A stretch of 64,000 nucleotides of DNA, taken from a virus. A model generated the notes under the pieces. That model saw only the letters and a list, made by a program, of their open reading frames with translations. It searched no databases and was not told the DNA's origin. The stretch lies in IMG/VR virus record IMGVR_UViG_3300032235_000792. One strand, 5' to 3'. Shown piece by piece: positions 54,525-63,549 of this stretch. Positions within the stretch are counted from its first letter, which is position 1, and every line of letters starts with the position of its first letter. The translations under genes and the position numbers were made by a program.

Positions 54525-55029
54525 GTTTTTGCTCCATTATTTCAAATAGTTTAAGTATGTTCTTCCTGTGAACAATGTTGTCTGGGTGTGTCAAAGAATT
54601 TTCTCTACTAGCAGAATCAGCATACTGTGCTACATCAAAAATAAAATTCAACAAACTTTCATTTTCATCTCTGTTTAGTTTTTTCATAGTTAAAAATAAT
54701 TGCCTATATAACTTAGTACGTCTTGGGCTTGAGTTAAAGCAAACTTTTGAATATAATGGTAATACCTGATTAGTGATATAACTATTTATATTACTTATAG
54801 TAGTATTTACATCTATCACATACCCCTTAGGGGCGAAGTTTTGCATTTTTCTTGTCGCAAATTCTTTTACTAATTTTTCGTGAAAAGAATCACCGCTAAC
54901 ATTAGGTTGCCAGCTGCCAATCTCTGAGCTTCTTAGAGAAGTTTTATTGTTGAGAATACGCACTTTAAGTACTGGTGCACCTGGATCAATCTGACTTAGC
55001 AAGGATTTAATCTTATCTGAGTGGCTCAC
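54499..55029 (-). CDS. Hypothetical protein
   Basis: GTGA-coupled, AAGGAGG SD. Confidence 0.75.
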   Translation of the reverse strand: MSHSDKIKSLLSQIDPGAPVLKVRILNNKTSLRSSEIGSWQPNVSGDSFHEKLVKEFATRKMQNFAPKGYVIDVNTTISNINSYITNQVLPLYSKVCFNSSPRRTKLYRQLFLTMKKLNRDENESLLNFIFDVAQYADSASRENSLTHPDNIVHRKNILKLFEIMEQKHGSKPISK

Positions 55030-55739
55030 TTGACCTCCTTCTCTTCCATAGAATATATAGGTTTATTTTGATGTGTCATTATTTTTAATCTAGTTACATT
55101 ATTTAGTGCGGCTAGATTTCCATCTTTTATGTATAATAGGATCCATGATGCAAATTTTGTGCATAGATCAATATCTCTTATGTCTACTTTCTTAGAATCT
55201 ATTAGATTTGCCATATGAATTCTAAACGAGTAACTTTTCTTTCGCACAGATCTTTGTTTTTTGGTATCTTTATCGTTAAATAAATCTGCAATTTCATTGA
55301 ATCTGCTAGGGTCAAGATCACGGTACAGCCAGCTATTAAATGTTAGCCCTTCTAGTATTGTCTGCTTAGCAATTTTTTCCACATCTGAATCGTCGTATGC
55401 GATCTTCTTCTTAACCATGACAATTCGGTCAGACAGAACATTGTCCTTAAAGTTTAGAGTCGTTTCTTCAACCTCTTCGCCGAACTCGTCTATGATCTTA
55501 AACTCAAAAAAATCATTGGCCATGTCATAGCTCTTGTTTACTAAAGAATCAAGACCTAGTATTCTTGCATGTTTTCTTAAAACATCTTTTGTGCTAATAC
55601 CCCAAGGACTCTCTAGGTCCTCTGGATCTACTACCACTTCATCTGGAAACTTGGACAGATCTTCATTTACAGAATATTGATACGGCTCGATCATCTTTGA
55701 GATTTCGTCCATATCCTCATAAAACTTGTCTTTAAACAT
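55026..55739 (-). CDS. Hypothetical protein
   Basis: AGGAGGT SD, 237 aa. Confidence 0.8.
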   Translation of the reverse strand: MFKDKFYEDMDEISKMIEPYQYSVNEDLSKFPDEVVVDPEDLESPWGISTKDVLRKHARILGLDSLVNKSYDMANDFFEFKIIDEFGEEVEETTLNFKDNVLSDRIVMVKKKIAYDDSDVEKIAKQTILEGLTFNSWLYRDLDPSRFNEIADLFNDKDTKKQRSVRKKSYSFRIHMANLIDSKKVDIRDIDLCTKFASWILLYIKDGNLAALNNVTRLKIMTHQNKPIYSMEEKEVK

Positions 55740-55894
55740 AAACCTCCTAAAACGTTTCTATTCTAAAAAAATCACCATTTGCATAAGTCCAAATAGTTGC
55801 ATTACATATACCTAACATACTGCACATCTCTAGTACACGACAAGCGATATTTTTTTCTTTTATTTCCATTTCTTTTAGACTACTAAATTGCCAA

Positions 55895-56179
55895 TTATTC
55901 GACTGCATAGCCTAATTCTTTAGCTTTAGTTAAAGATAACGACCCAGATTTTTCGCCGGAACGTCTTGTACGTTTAATTTCAAATCTGTCGAAGTAAACG
56001 AACTTACCCTGAGTTTCTTCAATTTGATACACAGTACCCTCAGCATCTTGAAAGTGACCGCCTATACCAACCTCTTTAGCGAGTTGTTCCGTCACTTGTT
56101 TTAATTCTTCCAAGAAGAGCTTGTAGTGCTCTTTCTTTTTCTCTAGTTCGATATACTTCATCTGTGTAGAGCTTAGCAT
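55895..56179 (-). CDS. Hypothetical protein
   Basis: GGAGG SD, 94 aa. Confidence 0.75.
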   Translation of the reverse strand: MLSSTQMKYIELEKKKEHYKLFLEELKQVTEQLAKEVGIGGHFQDAEGTVYQIEETQGKFVYFDRFEIKRTRRSGEKSGSLSLTKAKELGYAVE

Positions 56180-56336
56180 CTATATCCTCCAGTATGTTAC
56201 CAGTGGAACTAGCTGTACTGGCGAAGTCCCACATTAATGATTCGAAGTTTCTTATATGTTTATCGTAAGCTATAAGTTCTAACTTGTCTAAAGTCATTAT
56301 TAAATCAATAACTGATTTACTGCCATTTGGCATCAT
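56076..56336 (-). CDS. Hypothetical protein
   Basis: ATGA-coupled to Pth2; about 100-nt overlap with next gene. Confidence 0.5.
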   Translation of the reverse strand: MMPNGSKSVIDLIMTLDKLELIAYDKHIRNFESLMWDFASTASSTGNILEDIDAKLYTDEVYRTREKERALQALLGRIKTSDGTTR

Positions 56337-56692
56337 AGTAGTTTTAAATGACCAGTGATCTTGTCTAGATCTTCTTTTCTAGCTGGACCAATAGCACAAC
56401 AGGTTAAAGTAGGAACGCCGGCGAATTCAGTTCTACCGGCGTCCAATATGATAGAACAGGGCAATCCAGCTGTTCTAGCACTTTCATATACATCTTTTAG
56501 TTCTTTTTCTGATTCAACCTTTAGAGTTATCTTCGTGAAAGCATCTGCCAACCAAGCCTTAACATTCGGGTGATCAAGATTTTCTAAAGTAACCTTTAAT
56601 GAAGCATGAGCACCTTGAGCAACCATCTTGCCTTTGCGCATATTTAGATCATTTCTCATAACTATAATCTGCCTATGATCACTCGCACTCAT
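56333..56692 (-). CDS. pth2: Peptidyl-tRNA hydrolase, Pth2 family
   Basis: MRNDLNMRKGKMVAQGAHAS, KITLKV, DAGRTEF, CAIGP, DKITGHLKLL. Confidence 0.92.
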   Translation of the reverse strand: MSASDHRQIIVMRNDLNMRKGKMVAQGAHASLKVTLENLDHPNVKAWLADAFTKITLKVESEKELKDVYESARTAGLPCSIILDAGRTEFAGVPTLTCCAIGPARKEDLDKITGHLKLL

Positions 56693-56693
56693 T

Positions 56694-56873
56694 TTATTCC
56701 TCTGTGTACCATTCCTCTGTGTACCATTTATCTGGGTGACATTTTTTAAGAATTTTAGCTAGCTGTTCAGTTTCTATGCCGTCGCTATTTTTAGGTTCAG
56801 TAAAGCCTAGCAATTGATCTGTAGCTGCTAAAAACTTATCTACAATATTAAAACTAGAAAACGAATATTCCAT
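56694..56873 (-). CDS. 59-aa protein with truncated J-domain-like HPD motif
   Basis: QLLGF...I...LAKILKKCHPDK-WYTEE-WYTEE; 15-bp tandem duplication at 56696-56725. Confidence 0.55.
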   Translation of the reverse strand: MEYSFSSFNIVDKFLAATDQLLGFTEPKNSDGIETEQLAKILKKCHPDKWYTEEWYTEE

Positions 56874-56891
56874 GATAGAATATTAAATCTG

Positions 56892-57089
56892 TTATGGTTT
56901 TCTATTTTTGTGATCTAGATATAGAGAAATAGGCCAGATGAGGTGATTTAGCATACCAGCTAATACAACAGAGAAAACTCCTGCATAGCCAGAAGTCACT
57001 ATGGAGCTTATATCTTTGGCGTATTTTAAATGAAGATGCATGTTGACGCCTGCACCAATTATTAGATATACGGTTATAGCTAAGATCAT
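56892..57089 (-). CDS. Small membrane protein
   Basis: Two hydrophobic segments, WP motif, GAGGT SD. Confidence 0.7.
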   Translation of the reverse strand: MILAITVYLIIGAGVNMHLHLKYAKDISSIVTSGYAGVFSVVLAGMLNHLIWPISLYLDHKNRKP

Positions 57090-57097
57090 AAAACCTC

Positions 57098-57586
57098 TTA
57101 GAACGGTCTTGACCGGTTAGTCCATTTTGGGATGAGTTTATCTCGCTCCCAGCGATCTATTAGATAAAGTCTATAAGCAGTAGGCACGTCCTCTAGATGC
57201 TTGTAGTTTATACCCATGTCTTGCCTCGCTGCACAGTTAGCAAATGGAGTCAGCGGTTTTTCTGGTATATGGCTAGAACCGGCAGCAAGATCTTTATAGA
57301 GTTCTCTATAGGTTTTATGAACTTTACCGGTGCGATATGTGTATTCATCTGCTAGTGCCTTCATGTGTTCAAGTAGCCAATTGTAGTTAGCCTTACTCTC
57401 ACGAACCCACACATTAGATGGATGATTCGCATGTGTGATCTTATATTTTGCTAGATGCGAAGCACCATTGAGATGCAGTGCTGTACATAACATTTGCGCT
57501 GACTCAAGGATCATCTTGTTTACACGTTTGTCGTCTAGGTTTATTGCAGATTTAATAGGATCTAGGTCTGATATAAATATGTTCAT
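57098..57586 (-). CDS. Pyrimidine dimer DNA glycosylase/endonuclease V family protein
   Basis: MNIF..D.DP..SA..LDDKRVNKMILESAQML, H.NHPSNVWVRES..NY.WL, EY.YR.GK.H. Confidence 0.85.
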   Translation of the reverse strand: MNIFISDLDPIKSAINLDDKRVNKMILESAQMLCTALHLNGASHLAKYKITHANHPSNVWVRESKANYNWLLEHMKALADEYTYRTGKVHKTYRELYKDLAAGSSHIPEKPLTPFANCAARQDMGINYKHLEDVPTAYRLYLIDRWERDKLIPKWTNRSRPF

Positions 57587-57592
57587 AGTGTT

Positions 57593-58006
57593 TTATAATA
57601 CTACGAACAAGCCTTCTTCGCATAAGATAGCATAGCGAACTGAGGTTAGTGCAGTATTTCCATTTATTAAACGAAATCCATCATCTTTATATGGATTATA
57701 CGTTGCGCGAAATAGCTCTACATTATTTGGTAAATTAGTAATGATGTTGCCAATTACGAATGCATGTACGTTTTTTCGTTTTTCTTTTCTGACTCGAGAC
57801 TGTCCAGTTTTTGACACCTTAAAGTTAACATTTTCTAATATAACCTTATTAGCGTATTGGTCTACTAGGCCAGTTGAAGAGTTTACTATGCTCCAAGTTA
57901 CGCCTGGTTTATTTAGATTTCTATAGCATTTAGCTCTATAATAGGAGGGATGCGCCACTCTCTTGATCCTACGAATACTTTTGTAAGAACTTTTTACATT
58001 CCGCAT
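57593..58006 (-). CDS. Conserved-type phage hypothetical protein
   Basis: YRNL..WSI, F.VS..G..RVRKEKRKNVHAFV.G, YNPY. Confidence 0.7.
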   Translation of the reverse strand: MRNVKSSYKSIRRIKRVAHPSYYRAKCYRNLNKPGVTWSIVNSSTGLVDQYANKVILENVNFKVSKTGQSRVRKEKRKNVHAFVIGNIITNLPNNVELFRATYNPYKDDGFRLINGNTALTSVRYAILCEEGLFVVL

Positions 58007-58335
58007 AATCTCAAGATCTCTTCGTCTTTTAGTTTATATAAGTCTATACATTTGCATTTATACAGATCGAAATCACCCACACCTAATAGTGCTAACATAT
58101 TTTGCATGTATGAGTGTGGGCCAAAAAGCTCATTATGATGACATTCAATTGACTGCCTCATCTCAAGGTCCCATCTAAGCTCATCAACAATCTCTATTCT
58201 ATCATTTAAAGCTTTTTTGATTTGTCTTGCAGTCTTAGTTCTTTCAGATGAATTTAAACTTTTACGAATATAAGTAGGCTTCTTATCAGAAGAGTTTTCT
58301 TCTATTAATCTTTTTCTCTTATAGTCAGCGGGCAC
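57994..58335 (-). CDS. Hypothetical protein
   Basis: GTG start after GGGGAG. Confidence 0.65.
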   Translation of the reverse strand: MPADYKRKRLIEENSSDKKPTYIRKSLNSSERTKTARQIKKALNDRIEIVDELRWDLEMRQSIECHHNELFGPHSYMQNMLALLGVGDFDLYKCKCIDLYKLKDEEILRLCGM

Positions 58336-59049
58336 TTACTCCCCTGCGTCATTTTTAGGTTTTACTAATTTAAGTTTAGACTTCGCGTCTTTTGTTTCTC
58401 TATCTAACTGAGACTTAATACTAGCTTCAATTTTAGGGCCTATATCAGACGCTATATCACGCATCTCTTGCTCACTAATTTCATCACTATTAGATTGATC
58501 TATAAGTTTTGGCTTAAGACCTTTTAAATGTAAGATTTTAGCTTTAAAAAGCTCTAAGCTCTTTCTTAAATTTTTCTTTTTCTTTTCAGGTGCTTTTTTA
58601 GAGTATTTTTCATCACCTTGATTGTATTTTTGAGATATCAGCTCAACATTACCAGAGGCATAGCCCTTGTTATTATTCTTACGATTCATCGACATCTTCT
58701 TACCGTGCTTCTTCTCGGCTGAAGCGTATCTTTTTGCTGCTGAACCCGTCTTTGTCTTCATATGGCCAGAAGCATGCCCGTTTTTCCCATTCTGACCAGA
58801 CTTAGTCCCAGCTCCGCCTTTCTCACGTCGTTTAGCTTGTAGGACTTGCTGGTATCCGCGCTCTTTATGTCCTGGTGTTTTGCGTTGTCTACTTAGTTTT
58901 GCTAGCATTTTCTTATACTTAGCAGGATCCTTGTCTTTCCAATAGTGAGCTGCTTTATTCAACTGTAAATCTGAGGCTATCTCTTCGTCTAGCCATTGCA
59001 AGTCAGATAAAAGCTCTTCTAATGATTTCAATAAGTTTTCGTTTTCCAT
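58336..59049 (-). CDS. Basic protein with Lys-motif boundaries and degenerate HNH-like segment
   Basis: LLK-S, LNK-A, LRK-S, LFK-A; SMNRKNNNKGYASGNVELIS..YN; TGGTATAAT 6 nt upstream of ATG. Confidence 0.7.
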   Translation of the reverse strand: MENENLLKSLEELLSDLQWLDEEIASDLQLNKAAHYWKDKDPAKYKKMLAKLSRQRKTPGHKERGYQQVLQAKRREKGGAGTKSGQNGKNGHASGHMKTKTGSAAKRYASAEKKHGKKMSMNRKNNNKGYASGNVELISQKYNQGDEKYSKKAPEKKKKNLRKSLELFKAKILHLKGLKPKLIDQSNSDEISEQEMRDIASDIGPKIEASIKSQLDRETKDAKSKLKLVKPKNDAGE

Positions 59050-59055
59050 AAAGCT

Positions 59056-59064
59056 ATTATACCA
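59056..59064 (-). promoter_or_regulatory. TGGTATAAT promoter, leaderless spacing
   Basis: TATAAT-AGCTTT-ATG on - strand. Confidence 0.6.
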
Positions 59065-59156
59065 GAAATCTAAACTTAAATTCTTAGTTCAGTTACAACC
59101 TGACACTGCTACGTTAAGCAGCCCGCAAACCATGATTCTTTTATTTAAGTTCGTAT

Positions 59157-59330
59157 TTATAATATGTAAGGCAGCATGACATACTCTTCATATGTCATAG
59201 AATATACCGAATTGACATCATCTTCAGGTGAATCACTTAATAATAAAAGATCAGCTAAAGTATCTTGTATGTCTTTTATTGTATCATCAAGACCTCTAAT
59301 ATGACCAGTACTTAATTTCTGGTATCCCAT
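59157..59330 (-). CDS. Small hypothetical protein (57 aa)
   Basis: TAATG coupling; MGYQKLSTGHIRGLDD... Confidence 0.5.
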   Translation of the reverse strand: MGYQKLSTGHIRGLDDTIKDIQDTLADLLLLSDSPEDDVNSVYSMTYEEYVMLPYIL

Positions 59331-59548
59331 TAACCTAGCTCCAATTCTAGTTCTTCTAAAGTGTGCTTTACTTTGTAAAGTTTACCGCTATATGTAGCGA
59401 CATATATGCCATACCTATCTTTATACAGGCAAGAGATCTCATGTTTGTAAAGTTTTAATTCGTATTCGATAACTTCCTCAGTCTCTTTCTCTTTCCTAAG
59501 CCCTGTTAGCTTCATAGTAACCTCATAAAAATACAATTTAGTCGTCAA
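59330..59548 (-). CDS. Hypothetical protein
   Basis: 72-aa ORF in operon. Confidence 0.6.
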   Translation of the reverse strand: MTTKLYFYEVTMKLTGLRKEKETEEVIEYELKLYKHEISCLYKDRYGIYVATYSGKLYKVKHTLEELELELG

Positions 59549-59771
59549 TTTCTATTAATCCATACCTATTAGGTGGAGGCATAAAATTCATCTCACCGCA
59601 ATACTTGTAAGAAAATCGTTCCATCTCATCTATTGGCCAATCATGAGCATTTTCAATTAAATGCATATTTATAAGTGTACACTCTAGTGCACCAAGAGTA
59701 TTATAGCCGTAGCTACCAAGCGGGTCTGGTGTCCAGACCCACTTGGATTTACCAACACTGGAATACTTCAT
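59538..59771 (-). CDS. Hypothetical protein
   Basis: 77-aa ORF in operon. Confidence 0.6.
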   Translation of the reverse strand: MKYSSVGKSKWVWTPDPLGSYGYNTLGALECTLINMHLIENAHDWPIDEMERFSYKYCGEMNFMPPPNRYGLIEIDD

Positions 59772-59773
59772 AG

Positions 59774-61276
59774 TTATTTTCTTCCGCCTGGAATTTGGAC
59801 TGTCTTAGCCCAAGGCTCATTTTTAAACGGATGTTCAGTTGTACCATCTTTACTGATGATAAAGACTGTATTTGGAAATCTGCCATTCGGACCTACTAAA
59901 GCTTTAGTATCAACATTACTGTAGTAACCGTCAGTTAATACAATTGCTAAATCAGGTCGTGATTTGGCAATGACACGGAAAGAATCTTCTAAACATGTGC
60001 CACCTGATTGAATATCTTCTCGCTTGATACGCTGACCACGTTTGTAATCTTCGCGATAATAATTACTAGTATGAAACATATTTAGTGTACATTTTTTAGC
60101 ACCGACGCGCAAGAACTCATCAACAATATCTAAGAAGTTATTTGCTTCTTCAATTGAGATCGAACCAGATGTGTCAATGAAATTATCTAACTTAGGCTCA
60201 TCGCCGTTCTTATTTCCAGGTGCCATGTTGCCATATCTCTTAGACTTACGTGTCCAAGATTTTATTCTAAAATTAGCAGGCAGAGAAGATTTCATTGCTT
60301 GAAGAATTAGACGCTTATAGTCTAGTTCTGCTTTTCGCTGCTTAATATGATCAAGCAATTCTCTAATGTGGCCAGGCAATTCATCGTGGCCGAATTTACA
60401 TTTTACCATTGCGCGTTTTACTAAATCCTCGGTTGCTTCTAGCATATCTTTTTCTTCAGATGAACCGTCCCAATGATGCACGTCTGTAGTGTTTGGTAAA
60501 TCACTACTTGCAGCACCGCCACCGGCGTTTCCTTGACCTTGATCGCCTTGGCCTTCGCCTTGATTGTTCTTATCTTCTGGGTCAGGGTCTTTGAACCTTT
60601 CCATCAATTTTTCGTAATAATGCTCGGCAGGTTGACGCGCTTCCCATTGCGTTTGCTTGCCAGATTTATCTGTATCATAGAAGTCTTTTATCATGATGCC
60701 GGATCCGCAACAATCAGGATTTTCACACGGTGCACCGCCAAACTCACCTGGTTGACGTGGTGGACACTGAGGACATCCTTCCGGAAGATCTTTGATGAAT
60801 TGATTAATCGCCATGTCCATGGCGATATTCATCAATCTTCTTTTATGCACAGATAACTTCATGAAAGGAACACGCAGCGGATGCTTGTGGGTGATGTGAT
60901 ATAATTCATGAAGAAGAACTGCTTTGCGCTGTGCTTCATTTAATTTTCTGCAGAAAAAATATGGGTTTATAAGAAGATCCCATCGCTTTAATTCGGCATT
61001 GAACATAACGCCGGCTGTTGGTAGCATGTGGCTATATGTCATATTCATACATTGAAGCACTGAGCCCATGAAAGGATTTGTCTTTGTTGTGCTGAAGATG
61101 GCAGTTTGCAAACATTGCTTTTGCTCTTCTGCGCTAACAGTTTCTTTTACAGAAGCTTCTAACGCTTCTTCACGAGAACGAATGCCAGCTTCTTTAGCTC
61201 TCTTTTTTAATTCTTCTAATTGTTTTTTCTCTTCATCTGTTAAATCAACATTTGGATCGCTTGATGTATTAGACAT
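59774..61276 (-). CDS. Metallopeptidase-vWA protein (DUF2201-like)
   Basis: LLHELYH, NIAMDMAINQ; MIDAS IDTSGS, GGT, LTDGY; GGAGG SD before ATG 61276. Confidence 0.9.
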   Translation of the reverse strand: MSNTSSDPNVDLTDEEKKQLEELKKRAKEAGIRSREEALEASVKETVSAEEQKQCLQTAIFSTTKTNPFMGSVLQCMNMTYSHMLPTAGVMFNAELKRWDLLINPYFFCRKLNEAQRKAVLLHELYHITHKHPLRVPFMKLSVHKRRLMNIAMDMAINQFIKDLPEGCPQCPPRQPGEFGGAPCENPDCCGSGIMIKDFYDTDKSGKQTQWEARQPAEHYYEKLMERFKDPDPEDKNNQGEGQGDQGQGNAGGGAASSDLPNTTDVHHWDGSSEEKDMLEATEDLVKRAMVKCKFGHDELPGHIRELLDHIKQRKAELDYKRLILQAMKSSLPANFRIKSWTRKSKRYGNMAPGNKNGDEPKLDNFIDTSGSISIEEANNFLDIVDEFLRVGAKKCTLNMFHTSNYYREDYKRGQRIKREDIQSGGTCLEDSFRVIAKSRPDLAIVLTDGYYSNVDTKALVGPNGRFPNTVFIISKDGTTEHPFKNEPWAKTVQIPGGRK

Positions 61277-61293
61277 GGACCCTCCTTTTGTTT

Positions 61294-62016
61294 TCAAAAT
61301 ATAGAATCTGTCGAAGGAAACAAGGATTCGTGCGTTTTGTCACCTAATTCTTTAAGGTAAGAAATAGTGTGTTGAATTTCTCTAGCATTTCTTGCGATGG
61401 CCATATTTAAGTCTCTTTTTATCCAGTTTCCGCCGCCAGCTTTTTTAGTATTATCAAGCTCAAGACCTTTAGAAAGTAATTCTTTAAGTTCTTTTAAGTT
61501 TGCCTTTATTTCTCGCTTTGTTTCTCGTTCTTCTCTTTCTTTTTCTTCTTGCTCTTTCTGAATTAGAGTTTTGTTTTTTCTTATGTTAGGCGGATCAAAG
61601 TCAAGCGATGTATCGGTTAACATAGCGTCTATAACCATTTCATCAAAATCTTTTTCATTCAATTTTTTGAAAGTAGATGGTGTATAGAACCTATATTTAA
61701 CAAGTATGTAAGATTCTTCGTAACTTCTAGAATAGACCGCTTCTCTAGAAATACTTACACCTAGATATACTTTAGTATCTGGGTAATAACCATAATTTTG
61801 AACAGATATATAGCGATCATCGTAATCTCCGTAATTATTTTTTTTAGGAGCAGATGCGAAGTCTAGGCCGTTATCTTTTAGACATTGTTGAGCTAGTCCG
61901 TCCATGAAAGCTATAATGTCATGAGTCTTGTGTCCAGTTATGGATTGTATGTTTGTGATTAAACATCTACATATGTCGTACTCACGCTTGATAGTTACTT
62001 TATTCTTTTTAGACAT
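61294..62016 (-). CDS. Hypothetical protein
   Basis: 240-aa ORF, AGGA SD. Confidence 0.75.
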   Translation of the reverse strand: MSKKNKVTIKREYDICRCLITNIQSITGHKTHDIIAFMDGLAQQCLKDNGLDFASAPKKNNYGDYDDRYISVQNYGYYPDTKVYLGVSISREAVYSRSYEESYILVKYRFYTPSTFKKLNEKDFDEMVIDAMLTDTSLDFDPPNIRKNKTLIQKEQEEKEREERETKREIKANLKELKELLSKGLELDNTKKAGGGNWIKRDLNMAIARNAREIQHTISYLKELGDKTHESLFPSTDSIF

Positions 62017-62029
62017 AATATCCTAATTT

Positions 62030-62068
62030 AAAAAAGGCTGCACGGACAAAGGGATAAACCGTGCAGCC
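62030..62068 (-). terminator. Intrinsic terminator after AAA ATPase
   Basis: GGCTGCACGG/CCGTGCAGCC 10-bp stem followed by T6 on - strand. Confidence 0.8.
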
Positions 62069-62101
62069 ATTCCCTACAATTCTGTAGGCGTTAGAGCGTA
62101 A

Positions 62102-63259
62102 TTATTCTTTTCCTACGCTTCTATCTAATCTAATATTACCTTTCAATACTTTTGTCAAGTCAGGGTGACGAGCCACAAAGTCACGGAAGAAAGTCGTGAT
62201 AGAACCTTTGGACTGCTTGAAGCCGCACTGCTTGATGAGGTTGATTGCCTGATCAGATGGGATAATCTTGGCAACTTCGGCCATTGTATTTTCGCCAACT
62301 AGACCTTTATCTTTATCATCTTCAAGGGTACAAGAATAATACTGAGCAATAGATTCAACTGTTACTGCGATCATATCGCCTTTGTAAGAGTTTGGATCAG
62401 ACTGCTTTTCAAGACGCTTGAAGGCTTTTTTCTTATCTGCAATAAGATCTTTTGCCGTAACTGGAGCTTCGTCGTAACAGAACTTATGATATTCATTGCC
62501 AATGTCTCGACCAAGAATCGATGTCATTGTTTCACGGTGAAGACGACGATCGTTACCTACGCCAGCTTTTTCAGCTGCGTTAACTTTAGACCAAGTACGC
62601 GGCGAGATATATTTGCCGTTATCGCCGATTGACTTGGTATCCCTATAAACCCAGACACCTGATTTAATGAACATTTGAACTGTGTCATGCCAACCTGCAG
62701 ATTCGATGTAATCAATGAAGGAGATTGCATCGTATTCGACCTCGTATTCCTCGAAACGGTTACGAAGAGCAGCATCCATGGCGTTAACATCATATTCTGC
62801 TGTGTCTGGGTTAATACAAGAAGCAATAATCCAGCCTTCTGGTAATGTATATTTATTTACTTTGCGGTCAGTTAGAAGTTGCATTAAGCAATTCATAACG
62901 CCTGTTGTACCGCGATTGGGCTCTTCAAGAAGAATTAGACCGTTGCCTCTTGTTGGCCAAAAATCTGGCAATGAATGGACGGTACGACGTTCGCCTCTAT
63001 CATCTACTGCATTTTCTGGGAAGCCGATCAAGTCAGGTGCTTCGTAATATGCAATACGAAGATCTAGGAATCCATAGTTTGGATCGGCATCGATGCCTGA
63101 CTCTGGAAAGCCAGTTGTTCGCATTATGTCTACAAACTTTTGACAGATTTGAGATTTACCTAGACCTGCATCGCCAGTAAATAACGGGTTAAAAACATCG
63201 TCATTTTTTCTTGCTGCGGTTGCGAGCTTCAGCACCTCTAGAATTCTAATTGGTTTCAA
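62102..63259 (-). CDS. MoxR-like AAA+ ATPase
   Basis: GDAGLGKS, DLIGFP, LLEEPNR, QLLTDR, INP, MDAALRNRF, SPRTW. Confidence 0.9.
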   Translation of the reverse strand: MKPIRILEVLKLATAARKNDDVFNPLFTGDAGLGKSQICQKFVDIMRTTGFPESGIDADPNYGFLDLRIAYYEAPDLIGFPENAVDDRGERRTVHSLPDFWPTRGNGLILLEEPNRGTTGVMNCLMQLLTDRKVNKYTLPEGWIIASCINPDTAEYDVNAMDAALRNRFEEYEVEYDAISFIDYIESAGWHDTVQMFIKSGVWVYRDTKSIGDNGKYISPRTWSKVNAAEKAGVGNDRRLHRETMTSILGRDIGNEYHKFCYDEAPVTAKDLIADKKKAFKRLEKQSDPNSYKGDMIAVTVESIAQYYSCTLEDDKDKGLVGENTMAEVAKIIPSDQAINLIKQCGFKQSKGSITTFFRDFVARHPDLTKVLKGNIRLDRSVGKE

Positions 63260-63549
63260 ATGTCCTCCTTTGTTTCTACGCTAACTTCCTGCTTTGACAG
63301 GATCAAATTCTTGATATGTTCAGGTATCAAATCGAAGTTTATATTTTCAATGTTTGTTTTTTTAGGCTTTGCTTTTTTATCATTTTTTTCACCGTAGAAC
63401 AATTCAGCATCAGCCAGTGATATCAAGCTTGCTTGTTTCTTGGTTAGATTACCTACAACATCTTTAGTATTAACCTCTACGGTAGGTAGAACTTCTATTG
63501 TACCACCTTGATCTAGAAAATCTTTAATTAATTCATCATGTGTCTTCAT
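63256..63549 (-). CDS. Hypothetical protein
   Basis: AAGGA SD; FLDQGGTIEVLP motif. Confidence 0.7.
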   Translation of the reverse strand: MKTHDELIKDFLDQGGTIEVLPTVEVNTKDVVGNLTKKQASLISLADAELFYGEKNDKKAKPKKTNIENINFDLIPEHIKNLILSKQEVSVETKEDI

